Positions 34,521 to 53,654 of a stretch of 64,000 nucleotides of DNA are shown here, one piece after another. This DNA is from Ylistrum balloti. Taxonomy: Eukaryota. The stretch's first letter is position 1. Each line of letters opens with the position of its first letter. The translations under genes were made by a program, and so were the position numbers. Where the stretch lies: contig NW_026782612.1 in the NCBI RefSeq assembly GCF_031769215.1, positions 620,001 to 684,000 on the forward strand. The letters run 5' to 3'. The notes below the pieces were generated by a model, which searched no databases, was not told the origin of the DNA, and worked only from the letters and a program-made list of their open reading frames with translations.

Positions 34521-37500
34521 TATACAAGCACATAACCTCTAAACACCTATCTTTTATATGTGTATACATTTGTACTACACATGCATACACCTGTACCACA
34601 CCTGTATTACACAGTATAACCAAGAAGGTATGTAGTTAATGTGATGCTAGAATCTACAAACATATACAAAGCTAGTGATATACACAAAACATTAGTTCAC
34701 CATATAGATAGTCAGACAAATGAAATCTGTGTTACCAAGTATGCCAAAATTCAAGCCAGCATATTTGTACGACACAATCAAATTTTTTAAAACTATTTTT
34801 TCAACATGAAATCTTTGCAACTGATATTAAGATATACCTTAAACGACATTTAACTTGTGTCAAATTGAAAAGATAGAATTGTCTCCCTTTGCTTAAGATA
34901 AATCCAGAAGAGTTGTTTCCCTTAGGTTAAGACTTCAGTGTTTTAATTAATTATAATCATGATTAAAAAAAATTAAGACAAATGCCATAAAATTGATGCT
35001 ACCTAAAACCAATGTAATCTGTAACATCATACTTACAAAATTTAAAATCAAATTCCTTTAAACATTACTGAAACCAAATCAGACAAATATATTATACAAT
35101 AAAAAAAGACGTGAGTTATGTCCCTTATCACTGTGGGAAGAAAAAGAAAGTCTGTGTAGATTTATGGTAAATTGGCACAAATATTTATCTTCAAACCTAG
35201 AACAGTTGACCGAACTATGAAAACTCAGCCTCTTCATTGACATATATTTTACATAAAATTCCTACCTTATTGACGTAATTTGTTTGGATAGTTAAACAGA
35301 ATAGATAGAATAAAACAGAAACAGAAAAAATGTTTCAAAAACAAAATTTTCTTACATATCTTGAAACAACTTTTTGTAAATCTTTCTATTTTTGAAGCAA
35401 CTTTCCCGAAGGCCATTTGTTATTAAATTTTGTTTATAATATAATTTTGATAATATGGTATGAGAACACTGTTGGCTTTAACTTCAATTAGTATGTACAG
35501 TCTGAATATACGTAAAAATCAATTTGGGGTGAAAATAAAGAGAATTATAATACAAGAGACACATAACAACACATTAGTATATAATATTTAACAAATTATA
35601 CTCAAGGGATAACACACAAGTAAGGCACTGTTATCAACTTCATTCATTTCCGTGTTTAAAATTAAATTCAATAATTGTATATCACATACATATTATTCTC
35701 AGACAATAATATTAAAACCAGAAAACATATATATATATCTACTGATAAATATTTTGTTCAAAACTCAAATTATTTCCCTTGAAAATAAATATTTGGCAAT
35801 TATATTCATACAGGCAAATCAAGCAATACTAATTTGTACAAATTCTGAAGTCCTCCTGATGTAAGAAACCACTACCAGTTTTCAGAGAAGTTAAATTGGC
35901 AGCATTAAAGTTAATTTTTTGTCTTTCTTCTCATGCTATTTATTCTTCGCTAAGTTTTCTTATTTTGAAAATTTGACAATTTAGATTTTGTATATGAGTA
36001 TCTGTATCCCCTAAGATAGCTATAATCAGAGCCTTCTATAGAAAAAAGCTAGAAGGTTCGGAATAGGGGACAGCAACTTCATATACTACCGGGCCAATCA
36101 GCTACCTTTACCATCTCTTAAACAAACAATGTTGTTTTTGAAATGATAATTTTATCTTCTGAGTGAACATTTCACCCTATCATGTTAGTCTTAACTAGAA
36201 TATTTGCTAATGAATTGTAATATGTGTGAGATTCGTATAATACCTGGTTGCGTTTTCTCAAGACTGTTCTATGGTACTTAATTTGATCCCAGAAAGTTGA
36301 TCAAAGTCACACGTCATCAGCTAGTTCTGTAACGAATTCTAGAAGGAACAGAGAAATATGGCCAGCCCATGCTGTGGCTCAAACTGGTGACTGATCACTT
36401 TCTATAGGAAGAACACCAATCAGAATACATTGTTTATCTCGAGCCAGGATAATTAAGTAAGGTATCAGGTACATGCAGAAATTACTGCTACATTTTCCAG
36501 GTGTGAATTATTCTTATGACTTTTAGATTGTTCCTTCTATTTCTTAGATATTAAATTTTTTCTCGCATACTTCACTGTGGGATCCTGTATTTTCTGGAGA
36601 TGGAACAAGATTTTATCCGACAGGGTAAGAAATGAACCCTGGCATAAAAACCATGCTGGAAATTGATTCAGTCATCAATTTCAACGCACATTTCATGGGA
36701 CACTGATGATGAAAGAATAATTAGGCTTCCCAACAATAATAATTTGTTTATGTTTTCTAAAGTATCCAGCATGGGTCTTTTCCATGGATGGACAGGGATA
36801 TTTAGAACTGAATGTTAAAAGTTTGGCTGGTCAGGGTGAGGCTTGAACTGACCACCCAATCTTTTCCACTAAAATTAAGATAATTCTGTCCATGAAGCAG
36901 ACTTACTCAATCTTCAATCAAGAAATTTTATATTGAAAAAAAAAAAAAAAAATTCAACTTAACAAAGGGATTAAGACATATGAGGATACCAAATGTTCAT
37001 CTCAGCATGGCCGTTCAGAAATATCACAGTTAAACATCTGTAAGTTTGTAAAACAACTGTGTTGAAAGTCTGAGCAAACATTGTTAATATACGCTATTGC
37101 TATTTCAAGAACACAATGGACATATACACGAAAGATGTCACAAAACGTTTCTACGACAACTGCCTATAAGATGTCATATGTTAAATATTCTGAAACCATT
37201 CGCAAGTCTAAAACTGTTCAACAGTCCAAAACTGTTCAAAACTCTAAAACAGTTCGCCAGTCTAAAGCTGTTCACAAGTCCATAACCGTTTATCAGTTTA
37301 AAAATGTTCACAAGTCTGAAAGCAATCAACATTCTTAAAGTCCCACATGATTAAAATTACATATGAAACATGTCTAAAGCATATTACAACAATTTTTGTC
37401 TAGATATCTATTTGATATACATGAATTGTAGACTTGGTAAATTCCCTAAAAAAGAAAACCCAAACATTAAGCCAAGAAAATATAAAATATATGTGTAATG

Positions 37501-38335
37501 AGCATGAAAGGATGATTTTTTTTTAATGCTGATATTGAAAATAAAATTTAAGAGAAATTTTCTAATAATAACAAGAAAGTGATGATTTGAATAAAATGTT
37601 ATAAAAAGAAAAATCAATCAATTTCAGTAATAAATGTATGAAAAATGATCATTGTTTTTCCTTTGGTCGATTTATTTAACAAATATATTGAAATCTGTAA
37701 CATTGAAGTTATTTATTTTGAAAAAGAAAATCAATTAAATACCAGCTGTCAACAGCTGATAATATCTTTTTTGATAAAAGAAAAATCGATGTTAATGAGA
37801 ACCTCAACAAAATGATAAAGATGTATACTGAATAATATATCTGTTAAAAACAGAAAAAAAAATTGAAAAACCCAACTTAGAGCACTTATGTCATCTGTGT
37901 AATCTATAATAACATCAAAATTACTCAATAACTAAATATTCTTTGTTAAAAACAAACAACATGTAGATCTGGACAATTAGTTTATATAAAAACAATTTTA
38001 GTTACATACACTAAAGCATTTTCTTAGTTCAGCAGATATAGTAGGAGTTATCTCCCTTGGTTTCACTCTTTGGCTTTCATAGCTATCCGATTCAATGGAC
38101 TGATCTATAGACAATAGTTATAAATGTAGTGAAAATCAAAAAGAATATATTTGTGACCAGATCCTGTTCCATATTTCAGTATATGGTACAATATACATTA
38201 TCTACACAGCTTGACCATTAAGTGTACATTTGAAAATTTTGCTACTAAATCACATCCCACAAGAAATCACATTTATGCAAACAACAACCCACTCTCCTGT
38301 AAAAGAAGTATCTCTCTTTACTTTCTCACTGTTTC

Positions 38336-41947
<3,612 letters not shown>

Positions 41948-41950
<3 letters not shown>

Positions 41951-42780
41951 CTGAAACATTAGTGGTCAACATTAGTATATTGTTGATAAAACAGTAGACT
42001 GACCACCGGTCATCTCTGTTACTGAGGCTGAAACAGAGTGGTCAACATTAGTATATTGTTGATAAAACAGTAGACTGACCACCGGTCATCTGTGTTACTG
42101 AGGCTGAAACAGAGTGGGCAACATTAGTATATTTTGATAAAACAGCAGACTGACCACCAGTCATCTGTGTTACTGAGGCTGAAACAGAGTGGGCAACATG
42201 AGTATATTGCTGTTATAACAGCAGACTAACCATCGGTCATCTGTGTTACTGAGGCTGAAACAGAGTGGGCAACATTAGTATATTTTGATAAAACAGCAGA
42301 CTGACCACCAGTCATCTGTGTTACTGAAGCTGCAACAGAGTGGTCAACATTAGTATATTTTGATAAAACAGTAGACTGACCACCGGTCATCTGTGTTACT
42401 GAGGCTGAAACAGAGTGGTCAACATTAGTATATTTTGATAAAACAACAGACTGACCACCGGTCATCTGTGTTACTGAAGCTGAAACAGAATGGTCATAAT
42501 ATAGTATATTGTTGATAAAACACTCTATTCTGCCATATCTCTGTACTGAAGGCTGAAAATATATAACAAGTATATTGCTGTTATAACAGCAGACTAAACA
42601 TGTGTTACTGAGGCTATGTTTATATATTTTGATGTTAATACATGTTACAGTATGTCTGTCAGCTGTGTTACTGAGGCAATTTTGTTGTGGTCAACATTAG
42701 TATATTGTTGATAAAACAGTAAACTGACCACCAGTCATCTCTGTTACTGAAGCTGAAACAGAATGGTCATCATATAGAAG
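41948..42780. repeat. 76-bp minisatellite that includes the PHLDB 3' splice site
   Basis: aggctgaaacagagtggtcaacattagtatattgttgataaaacagtagactgaccaccggtcatctgtgttactg, about 8 copies plus remnants. Confidence 0.9.
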
Positions 42781-43417
42781 ACTGACCTTTGTTAAGTCAT
42801 TATCAAACACTCTATTCTGCCATATTTGTGCAATTTGTGAAAATATATAACAAGCTGTGGTACTTCGTACAAACATGAAGTAAGACGGCTATGTTTATAT
42901 AGATCTTCTGATGTTATATACATGTTACAGTATGTCTGTAGCTTTACTAGCAATTTTGTTGTTGGCAACATTCAAAAATACATGTGAACAAAGCTGAATC
43001 TGTGTCCAGGGAGTCAGCCAGGTCCTCATCTTACAGAACAAAATCTGTAAACAGGAAATATATATCATGTTTTATAATTACTTATGTCAGGTATATCAAA
43101 CCATGGAATGGTATAGATTTACAGTCTAAAGGTAGCTTTGATTAAACGAGCAAAGCTTTACAAATTTTAGCACAGCAAACGTGTCAACATTTGTATGCCA
43201 ATATTTATAGAATTTTAATTTCACTTAATCGAGATGTATTGTTATTAAGATCTATACTTACATCTATTTTGATCTGAATCGTTAGCCTACTTTCTGTTAA
43301 GGTTGAAATGTAAACAGTTTATTATACTTTAATTATTGAGGCCTGTAGATCACATCACAGATAACAATAGTGTATGGTTCACCTTTACTGTCGTACTACA
43401 TACACTGTCTCAGGCAA

Positions 43418-44292
43418 AGGTGTTACCAATGATACACTACTGTTCCAAGGTGTTACCAATGATACACTACTGTTCCAAGGTGTTACCAATGATACACTAC
43501 TGTTCCAAGGTGTTACCAATGATACACTACTGTTCCAAGGTGTTACCAATGATACACTACTGTTCCAAGGTGTTACCAATGATACACTACTGTTCCAAGG
43601 TGTTACCAATGATACACTACTGTTCCAAGGTGTTACCAATGATACACTACTGTTCCAAGGTGTTACCAATGATACACTACTGTTCCAAGGTGTTACCAAT
43701 GATACACTACTGTTCCAAGGTGTTACCAATGATACACTACTGTTCCAAGGTGTTACCAACTACTGATACCACTACTGTTCCAAGGTGTTACCAATGATAC
43801 ACTACTGTTCCAAGGTGTTACCAATGATACACTACTGTTCCAAGGTGTTACCAATGATACACTACTGTTCCAAGGTGTTACCAATGATAAACTACTGTTC
43901 CAAGGTGTTACCAATGATAAACTACTGTTCCAAGGTGTTACCAATGATAAACTACTGTTCCAAGGTGTTACCAATGATACACTACTGTTCCAAGGTGTTA
44001 CCAATGATACACTACTGTTCCAAGGTGTTACCAATGATACACTACTGTTCCAAGGTGTTACCAATGATACACTACTGTTCCAAGGTGTTACCAATGATAC
44101 ACTACTGTTCCAAGGTGTTACCAATGATACACTACTGTTCCAAGGTGTTACCAATGATACACTACTGTTCCAAGGTGTTACCAATGATACACTACTGTTC
44201 CAAGGTGTTACCAATGATACACTACTGTTCCAAGGTGTTACCAATGATACACTACTGTTCCAAGGTGTTACCAATGATACACTACTGTTCCA
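43418..44292. repeat. Near-perfect 30-bp minisatellite
   Basis: aaggtgttaccaatgatacactactgttcc, about 29 copies. Confidence 0.97.
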
Positions 44293-44691
44293 TGTCAAGG
44301 TGATCAATACTAACGTTTGAAAGTCCTTACATATCATATCTCAGTACGATCACCAAATCTCTCAGATTCTATTTTTGTAACATAAAACCTATGATAAAGA
44401 ACCACATGGCCAACTTTAAGATACCATGCTTGTTACACTGGTGGTATGTGGAACACAAAAATGACAATTATCAAATCATAACTTTGATACTATTTTCAAT
44501 ACAAACGGATCTCTAGATTTTCTCCGAAAGCCTTGGTATATGTGACCAAAGACTGTGTCAGAATCAATAGGTCTTTAACATTGTTACACCATTGAATATA
44601 AGGTTGTGATATTAAATACGATCATGTGAAGGACATGTTAAAGGCTTGTAATGGAATTAACAGTATGTACATCCTCTGTTTCCAGTCTTAC

Positions 44692-44837
44692 CTGTAACCA
44701 TTCATGGGGCGCCCGCAGAACCAGCAGTGTTCAAGCTGGAACCCGCGGGCAATAGCTTGTTTGGCTGCCACATCTCTCACCCGCGGCGAAGAAAACCCAT
44801 TCTTATTCTTCAGTTCATTTAATTTAGAGAAATCCAT
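44692..44837 (-). CDS. PHLDB: Upstream PHLDB coding exon, possibly an alternative start exon (MDFSKLNELKNKNGF...HCWFCGRPMNGYS)
   Basis: Open frame from ATG at 44837 to a strong donor TAC AG|gtaag. Phase 2 matches the exon starting at 41950. There is an in-frame TGA a short distance upstream of the ATG. Confidence 0.55.
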
Positions 44838-46944
44838 AGTCACAGTATTATAAGACAAACCCAGTCTGTTTTGTCATAAATCCTCAGACTCCCCATAATG
44901 TTTGGACACAGAAACAATGGTTCAATCAGGTGATATCCAGGACGAGTGACAGCTATTTAACATTAAATCCTTCTTAACTTTTCCTTCATACTTGGTAAGA
45001 CTTTCACACTGGATTCAGAGTCTGTCACAGCTGTCAGTGAGTAATCGTGTTCAGTATTATGATCACCTGTGAAACAGAATTTCCTGATGTCAGAGGTGAC
45101 TCAGTGCACCACTGAAGAAATTATCCTTATTATGTAGACTGCACACGTTAATTCCTACGTCTGTCATACAAGGACACTTTACTAAATTACTAAATTCATA
45201 GGCAACACATTGCTCAAGAATTTAGTGATTTGCATACTTTAAGAGGTGATATATATAAAACTATCTGTACTGCCAAAATCAAGCTATTTATATGATGGTG
45301 TCATTTAGGTGAACTCTGACCTTTGATTTATGAAATTAGAGTAAACCAATTAACATCCTTATCACCCAAACATGACCTTTGAACTATTATACCTAGCTGT
45401 CACACAATAACCAATGAACTATCATTCATTTCAGACAGCAAATAACTTCTGATCAAAAACACAACCACCACATCACCTTTCTTTAGCTGTCTGATGTTCT
45501 TCTAGCCCCAGACCAATATTAAATTTAAACATTGATAGACTATGTGCATGGACTAAACGCACTGTTCCCTGATTACGTAGGATGATTTCCTCCGGTCACC
45601 CTTCCTGAATCTTGCCTGACCAACACGGCCATTCAAATACACATTTTGTTCCAAAAATATCAAAAACCTTCAACTCACGCGAAGTTCCACCTTACATCTC
45701 CCTCTACTCCAAACACAGCCAGGCACCTGAACTGTATAAATCATTTTTGACCGATTTTTTCATGTCAAATCTGTACCCTATTAATTCTTTGAGTTGAAAT
45801 TTGAACTGTTAATTGAAATCTATTAAACACAGCAATAGGATAGGATCAAATTGTACCAGTGTTTCATTGACGACTGTTGGAATTGCATGTTTCTTAACCA
45901 TTTTTCATATTACCATTGATTAATTCCAGCCACAATCTCAGTTAAGGAACCTGAATGTTGGAGCCGCTGAAGAACCAGTATCGTAGCTCCTACACAAAAT
46001 GAATCGGTATTTACAAGAGAAATATCCCGACCCATGGGATTGAAGTGGAATTTCGAGTTACGTCATCTCACGATATTTGTTGAATCACGGTATGTTAGGC
46101 CACGAATGAAAAATGAATTAACACCTACAATTCACACTATGGTATCCAAATGTAGCCGTTAAGAGTGGTCAAAACAATGGAGAAGTGTGATTGTATCCGA
46201 CGTCTAATATTATACCGTTAACCCCTACACAATATGCTGGTAAAATGTCCTCTCAAAGAACAGTAGATTTCAAAAACACGCCAAATCAGAAATCATTAAA
46301 CATATTTATAGTCCTGCACCAATTAATCTAATTTAATAGACTTTATAGAAATATCCCGAACAATAAGTTAGCATGGAAGATTCCAATGATAAACTTTAGG
46401 GGTGACAGGTTTTACTCATTGGAACTTTCGAACAGTGTAATAGAAAAGGAACATATTTTGCTAAGAAAACAAATTACAAATTATAACGTATAACATGTGT
46501 TTATGATAAGTAATACTTAATGGACATTAGTCAGGTTTTCATAAAATCATTTTTTACAGGAATATCTACTGATCTTGTGTATCATGGGCACAAATTGCTT
46601 GAACATTTTATATATCAAAAACAAATGTTTTGGCATCAAAATGGTTATTATCACAAGTTTGTACATTTTCTCCTGCATACATTAACAAGCTATGTAATAA
46701 AATGTGAATTCCATTGAGAATCAACATCTGAACATTTACCCAATTATACGTTTTGATATTTCTTTTAATGGATGAGAGTTCTAAACCAACAGAAACTCTG
46801 AAAAAGAAGGTCACAAATCTACCAGCCTACCAACTTTTTAAACTACAGTAAAATATTTCTTCTATTACCAAGATTTTAAACCTGCCAAAAATATAAATAC
46901 ATTTAGTGTTACAGCAGGACTTACAAATCTAGATTAGGGTGTGT

Positions 46945-47210
46945 TTGCTATACAGCTAGAGAACAAATTCTGTGTTACCTGTTTGCTATACAGCTAGAGT
47001 ACAAATTCTGTGTTTCCTGTTTTCTATACAGCTAGAGTACAAATTCTGTGTTTCCTGTTTGCTATACAGCTAGAGTACAAATTCTGTATTTCCTGTTTGC
47101 TATACAGCTAGAGTACAAATTCTGTGTTTCCTGTTTGCTATACAGCTAGAGTACAAATTCTGTGTTTCCTGTTTGCTATACAGCTAGAGTACAAATTCTG
47201 TGTTTCCTGT
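46945..47210. repeat. 38-bp minisatellite
   Basis: gtttgctatacagctagagtacaaattctgtgtttcct. Confidence 0.95.
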
Positions 47211-47789
47211 AACTCTCTGTTAAGTCATATGTACAAGCAGCTGATTCTGATGAAAATATTCATCAATAATTTATTCTATACACGTTATCTCTGACAGTCT
47301 ACAAAAATCTACATTATATCTGCTACAGTCTACACAAAAATCTATCAAAAATACAATAAAAAAATCAATCCTACTGACAAACTGCAGTGTTATCTTAACA
47401 GACTGTAATGGATACAAAATACTAATTCTAGTGAGAAATAGGGATACACCTCTGTATCATATTACATATCAACTTATTGATTTCCGAACCAGGTGGGTGT
47501 ATGCATAGAATTTCTGAACCATTGCATGTATATATTAAAATCCCTATATGTAAATATGCTGCATTTATTTCACCAGTACGACAGTTGTTTTTTCATCAGA
47601 AGTCTTATAAGATACTAAAATTCCTACATTTTCAATCTCTCACAGCATTTTTCATTCTTTATATATTTCCTATCTGCTTTTTATCTGATAATAATATTCT
47701 CTGATTTTCTACTCCCAAACAAAACCTTATTCAATATTTCCCACTTCAAAAGCCATTGCTGATATTTTCCTCATCAAAATCATTACTGC

Positions 47790-48630
47790 TGATTTCTCTC
47801 ATCAAATAATGACATTGCAGATATTTCCCACATCAAAAGCATTAGCGATATTTCCCACAACAAAAAACATTGTAGATATTTCCCACATCAAAAAACATTG
47901 TAGATATTTCCTACATCAAAAAACATTGTAGATATTTCCCACATCAAAAGCATTGCAGATATTTCCCACATCAAAAAACATTGTAGATATTTCCTAAATC
48001 AAAAACATTGTAGATATTTCCCACATCAAATGAGATTGCAGATATTTCCTTCATCAAAAAACATTGTAGATATTTCCCACATCAAATGACATTGCAGATA
48101 TTTCCCACATCAAAAGCATTAGCGATATTTCCCACATCAAAAAACATTGTAGATATCTCCCACATCAAAAAACATTGTAGATATTTCCCACATCAGATGA
48201 CATTGCAGATATTTCCCACATCAAGAGACATTGTAGATATCTCCCACATCAAAAAACATTGTAGATATTTCCCACATCAGATGACATTGCAGATATTTCC
48301 CACATCAAGAGACATTGTAGATATTTCCCACATCAAAAAACATTGTAGATATTTCCTAAATCAAAAACATTGTAGATATTTCCCACATCAAATGAGATTG
48401 CAGATATTTCCTTCATCAAAAAACATTGTAGATATTTCCCACATCAAATGACATTGCAGATATTTCCCACATCAAAAGCATTAGCGATATTTCCCACATC
48501 AAAAAACATTGTAGATATCTCCCACATCAAAAAACATTGTAGATATTTCCCACATCAGATGACATTGCAGATATTTCCCACATCAAGAGACATTGTAGAT
48601 ATTTCCCACATCAAGAGACATTGTAGGAAT
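47790..48630. repeat. ~28-bp minisatellite with a 362-bp higher-order duplication
   Basis: gatatttcccacatcaaaaaacattgta. Duplicated artefact ORFs start at 48086 and 48448. Confidence 0.93.
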
Positions 48631-50319
48631 TCTCCGCATTAAACACATAGCTGCTATTTCTCACTCAACATAAAAATAAAAAAACAGAAATCAACCTTTA
48701 TAATTATCATCAATTACACAAATTGACATGCTTCATTCCAACACCAGACAAACCGCCAGCACTTCCCATACATTAATAGACCACTGCTGTTCCACATCAG
48801 GAACACATTACATAATTGATAAGATTTTTCCACATCTAATCTGAACAAGCCCATTACAATTTTCCATACATGAATACAACCCAACACTATTTAGGTAAAC
48901 AAATTTTCCTGGGTATAAACAACGAAATCATAATTTCATCTTGGCCAGTTTGAAAAAGCGAAACAATGGTTTATTATAAGACAACCCTATCGAGGTCCTT
49001 CATTAAACACATAATTATATCACCAGTCTGAAGTCAACTTTTCCACAAATCCTCAGCACATGTTGATGTTTATAGATGAGCCATTCCCGTGGAACACATA
49101 CTGATAGCTTTACCATCGCCAACGGAAACAATTATAACAACGAGAACTCTCCTAGAAGAGTCGAGTCTGGACAAGGCTACATAAAGCAACCAATTATATG
49201 AAAAGCACCATATTAACGCTTCTGAGTGCAGATAAGTCCCCAGGGCGGGGGAGATGTTGGGTCCTCTCCTGTTCATTTGTGCAGCAAAATGGTGTTTTGA
49301 ATGACAAAACAGACTTATTTCTTTAGAAGATAATTAGACAATTAATTCTGATGTGACAGTATCTAGGCTTGGCAGAGGTGCTACATCACATCGATTAACA
49401 GCAAGGAGAGATCTAACTTGTGGACAATAATCTGACCACAGATAGAAACTAGTGTGATATGCTAGACTGTGCACATATTTTTTTTTTTTATTATAAATGG
49501 TTTTTCATCATGTTTTTATTTATTTTTTTTTTCAAATGGTTCAAATTTTCAATTTAACAAGAAGCATGACACAAAAAGGATTACTTTTAGTACCAAAGTG
49601 TGAAATGTTTAACTATACTTTTCCTGTTAATATAATTTGAAGGTTTTCCATAAGTTTTCCCAGTCCTGAATATTTAGATAAAATAAAATTTCATGACAAT
49701 TAACAAGATTTACGATATTCTTCATTTATTCAGCCATGACACCATGTCTGATAAATAGCCCACCCCGTATGTCTGTCTTTGTTTAAACAGGTTACCAACT
49801 TTGGCACTATTAGACCATGTTCTGTGACCTTGAGCCAGATTTTCAGCAATGACTCTAATCAACTTTATATTCCAATATAAAAGGTTATCTTTGGTTACAT
49901 CAGTTTATCCACAGAAACATCAGACATCTAAAGACTTAAACACTACAGCAGTAATATAACTTAAAAGTCAACCAGAACAATGATATTAAAAGTCTGTCAG
50001 AAACAGTATAGAAAGATATGTATCTTCTTAACTATAACACACATCAAAGTACATCACCTTGTTACCTATTGTTGAGAAATCTCAATTGATGGTTTTAATT
50101 ATCAATGTTAACTTTATCTTATAGGTGATATTGATAAACTATATTATTTTGATAATAGGATGGTGGTATCTTTTTAATGTAGAGGAGTGATTTTTTCAAC
50201 AAGTCATATTTCAACTTTGAATCAAGATCTGTCCACAGAGAATAATTCATCAAGATTAACTACAAACAGTTATGTCCCGTAATTGACTGTTTGGATAAAA
50301 TGGCAGAAGATGACCTTTC

Positions 50320-52310
50320 AGTGACTGGGTTTAACTGATATACAGTATACAGACAGATATACACTGACCGCAGATGACCAGTGACTGGGTTTAACTGATA
50401 TACAGTATACAGACAGATATACACTGAACGGAGATGACCAGTGACTTGGTTTATGTGATGTACAGTATACAGACAGATAAACACTGACCAGAGATGACCA
50501 GTGACTTGGTTTATCTGATATACAGTATACAGACAGATAAACACTGACCGGAGATGACCAGTGACTGGGTTTAACTGATGTACAGTATACAGACAGATAA
50601 ACACTGACCAGAGATGACCAGTGACTTGGTTTATCTGATATACAGTATACAGACAGATAAACACTGACCGGAGATGACCAGTGACTGGGTTTAAACTCTG
50701 ACCAGAGATGACCAGTGACTTGGTTTATCTGATATACAGTATACAGACAGATAAACACTGACCAGAGATGACCAGTGACTGGGTTTAACTGATATACAGT
50801 ATACAGACAGATAAACACTGACCAGAGATGACCAGTGACTGGGTTTATGTGATGCACAGTATACAGACAGATATACACTGACCAGAGATGACCAGTGACT
50901 GGGTTTATGTGATGTACTGTATACAGACAGATAAACACTGACCGGAGATGACCAGTGACTGGGTTTAACTGATGTTCAGTATAAAGACAGATAAACTCTG
51001 ACCAGAGATGACCAGGGACTGGGGTAAACTGATATACAGTATACAGACAGATAAATACTGACCAGAGATGACCAGTGACTGGGTTTAACTGATATACAGT
51101 ATACAGACAGATAAACACTGACCGGAGATGACCAGTGACTGGGTTTAACTGATGTTCAGTATAAAGACAGATAAACTCTGACCAGAGATGACCAGGGACT
51201 GGGGTAAACTGATGTACAGTATACAGACAGATAAACACTGACCGGAGATGACCAGTGACTTGGTTTATCTGATGTACAGTATACAGACAGATATACACTG
51301 ACCAGAGATGACCAGTGACTTGGTTTATCTGATGTACAGTATACAGACAGATAAACTCTGACCAGAGATGACCAGTGACTGGGTTTAACTGATATACAGT
51401 ATACAGACAGATAAACTCTGACCGGAGATGACCAGTGACTGGGTTTAACTGATATACAGTATACAGACAGATATACACTGACCGGAGATGACCAGTGACT
51501 GGGTTTAACTGATATACAGTATACAGACAGATAAACACTGACCGCAGATGACCAGTGACTGGGTTTAACTGATGTACAGTATACAGACAGATATACACTG
51601 ACCAGAGATGACCAGTGACTGGGTTTAACTGATATACAGTATACAGACAGATAAACTCTGACTGCAGATGACCAGTGACTGGGTTTAACTGATGTACAGT
51701 ATACAGACAGATAAACACTGACCAGAGATGACCAGTTACTGGGTTTATCTGATGTTCAGTATACAGACAGATAAACTCTGACCAGAGATGACCAGTGACT
51801 GGGTTTAACTGATATACAGTATACAGACAGATATACACTGACCGGAGATGACCAGTGACTGGGTTTAACTGATATACAGTATACAGACAGATAAACACTG
51901 ACCGCAGATGACCAGTGACTGGGTTTAACTGATGTTCAGTATACAGACGGATAAACACTGACCAGAGATGACCAGTGACTGGGTTTATCTGTTGTACAGT
52001 ATACAGACAGATAAACTCTGACTGCAGATGACCAGTTACTGGGTTTAACTGATGTACTGTATACAGACAGATAAACTCTGACCAGAGATGACCAGTGACT
52101 GGGTTTATCTGATGTACAGTATACAGACAGATAAACTCTGACTGCAGATGACCAGTGACTGGGTTTAACTGATGTACAGTATACAGACAGATAAACACTG
52201 ATCGGAGATGACCAGTGACTGGGTTTAACTGATATACAGTATACAGACAGATATACACTGACCGGAGATGACCAGTGACTTGGTTTAACTGATGTTCAGT
52301 ATAAAGACTG
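50320..52310. repeat. 60-bp minisatellite
   Basis: cagtatacagacagataaacactgaccggagatgaccagtgactgggtttaactgatgta. Source of the 668-aa artefact ORF. Confidence 0.95.
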
Positions 52311-53654
52311 AAAACTGCTGCCAAAACATAATGGATTCATTAACTACACAAAAGAATGCCAGTCTACATGGTACCTTCTCTACAATCATTAACCGCGGTA
52401 ATAAAGACGACATCACAGCCATTCCTACACCTCCAAACAATTTCAGCGTTCAGCTGACATCACTATAGGTATCTGAACAACCCCTAGGCACTAACACAAT
52501 CTAATGGAGTCTTGCACTACGCATACTTTTTATTTTCGAAAGGAAATGGTAGACAAATGTTTAGTTAAGTGAAACAGTCTGGTATTTATTAGACTTGTGT
52601 GTACAGTTTACAGACCTACGTCGAGACAGTATTATTTTGGATTTTACATGCCTTGGCCATTTGTCATTGACTTAATGTTACACTGCTGTATATATCTACA
52701 CTAACAGAAAACCGGCCGAAATATAAGTCACATGACAGTGATTCATTACTCTATTTCAGATAATGTTTTAGTTTTAGTTTTGAACTTAGCATCCAACTTC
52801 AACAACAACAAACTGTCTTTTAGTTAATTTCCGAAAAAAATGACGGGAAAGGAAAATTAACAACCCGTAAATATTTGTGATGAAAATATCTCAATTGACT
52901 CTCCATCTTATCTCACAATATTTTTCAGAATATTCTGGATTAATTTTGTATGAAACTTTAACTCTTAAAATCAACTCCTTTAGTTACATAACAAATGAGA
53001 TTTGACAGGCATTCGAGTGCTATACACAGAAATTCACTATAATATTGTTGGAAAGTTGACAGAACCATCTGGAAAATTTAAAACCAGATATTTATGGTGA
53101 CAGAAGAGAACATGTAAAAACACTTAAAGTCAGACACTAATGCATTTTTATTCTAAATATTTGTACTAACAAACTCCAATATGCCAGTCAATCTAATGTA
53201 TATCGTTTAAGATCTCAGATTGGTATTACGTAGAAACAAAATGTTTTAAGTACACACTGTTGATGCTACATCTATATTCTCATGGCAGATTTTGAAGACT
53301 TTCAGTCTACTTCTATGTCACTTCCATATTTATTCAGTAATAAGCCCATGCCTGGTAATAAGACCACCCCAATTCTTGTAGTTTTAATAAGTAATAAGTC
53401 CATTTGATACCTCAAAGGCTATGAAGAAACTATCCTATTGATTTTAGGTATAAATATAGTATGAAAATAACTTCACAGCCTCGCAGTTTGGCAGACTAAA
53501 GAAAACATGCTCACCTAACAATAGGAATTCCCCCAAAACTGACCAATGGCTATCATTCATTTCTAACCAACAGAAATACAGTGTAAAATCTGTAAATTAC
53601 TTTTACGTAAGACATGTAAGTCATGGGACATTAATAGGAAAGATTTACAGGAAA

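Noticed and set aside
43336-44337. ORFs of 124-194 aa on both strands
   Set aside because: Artefacts of the 30-bp repeat.
50318-52324. 668-aa minus-strand ORF
   Set aside because: It is a translation of a 60-bp tandem repeat (period divisible by 3), with no splice context or domain.
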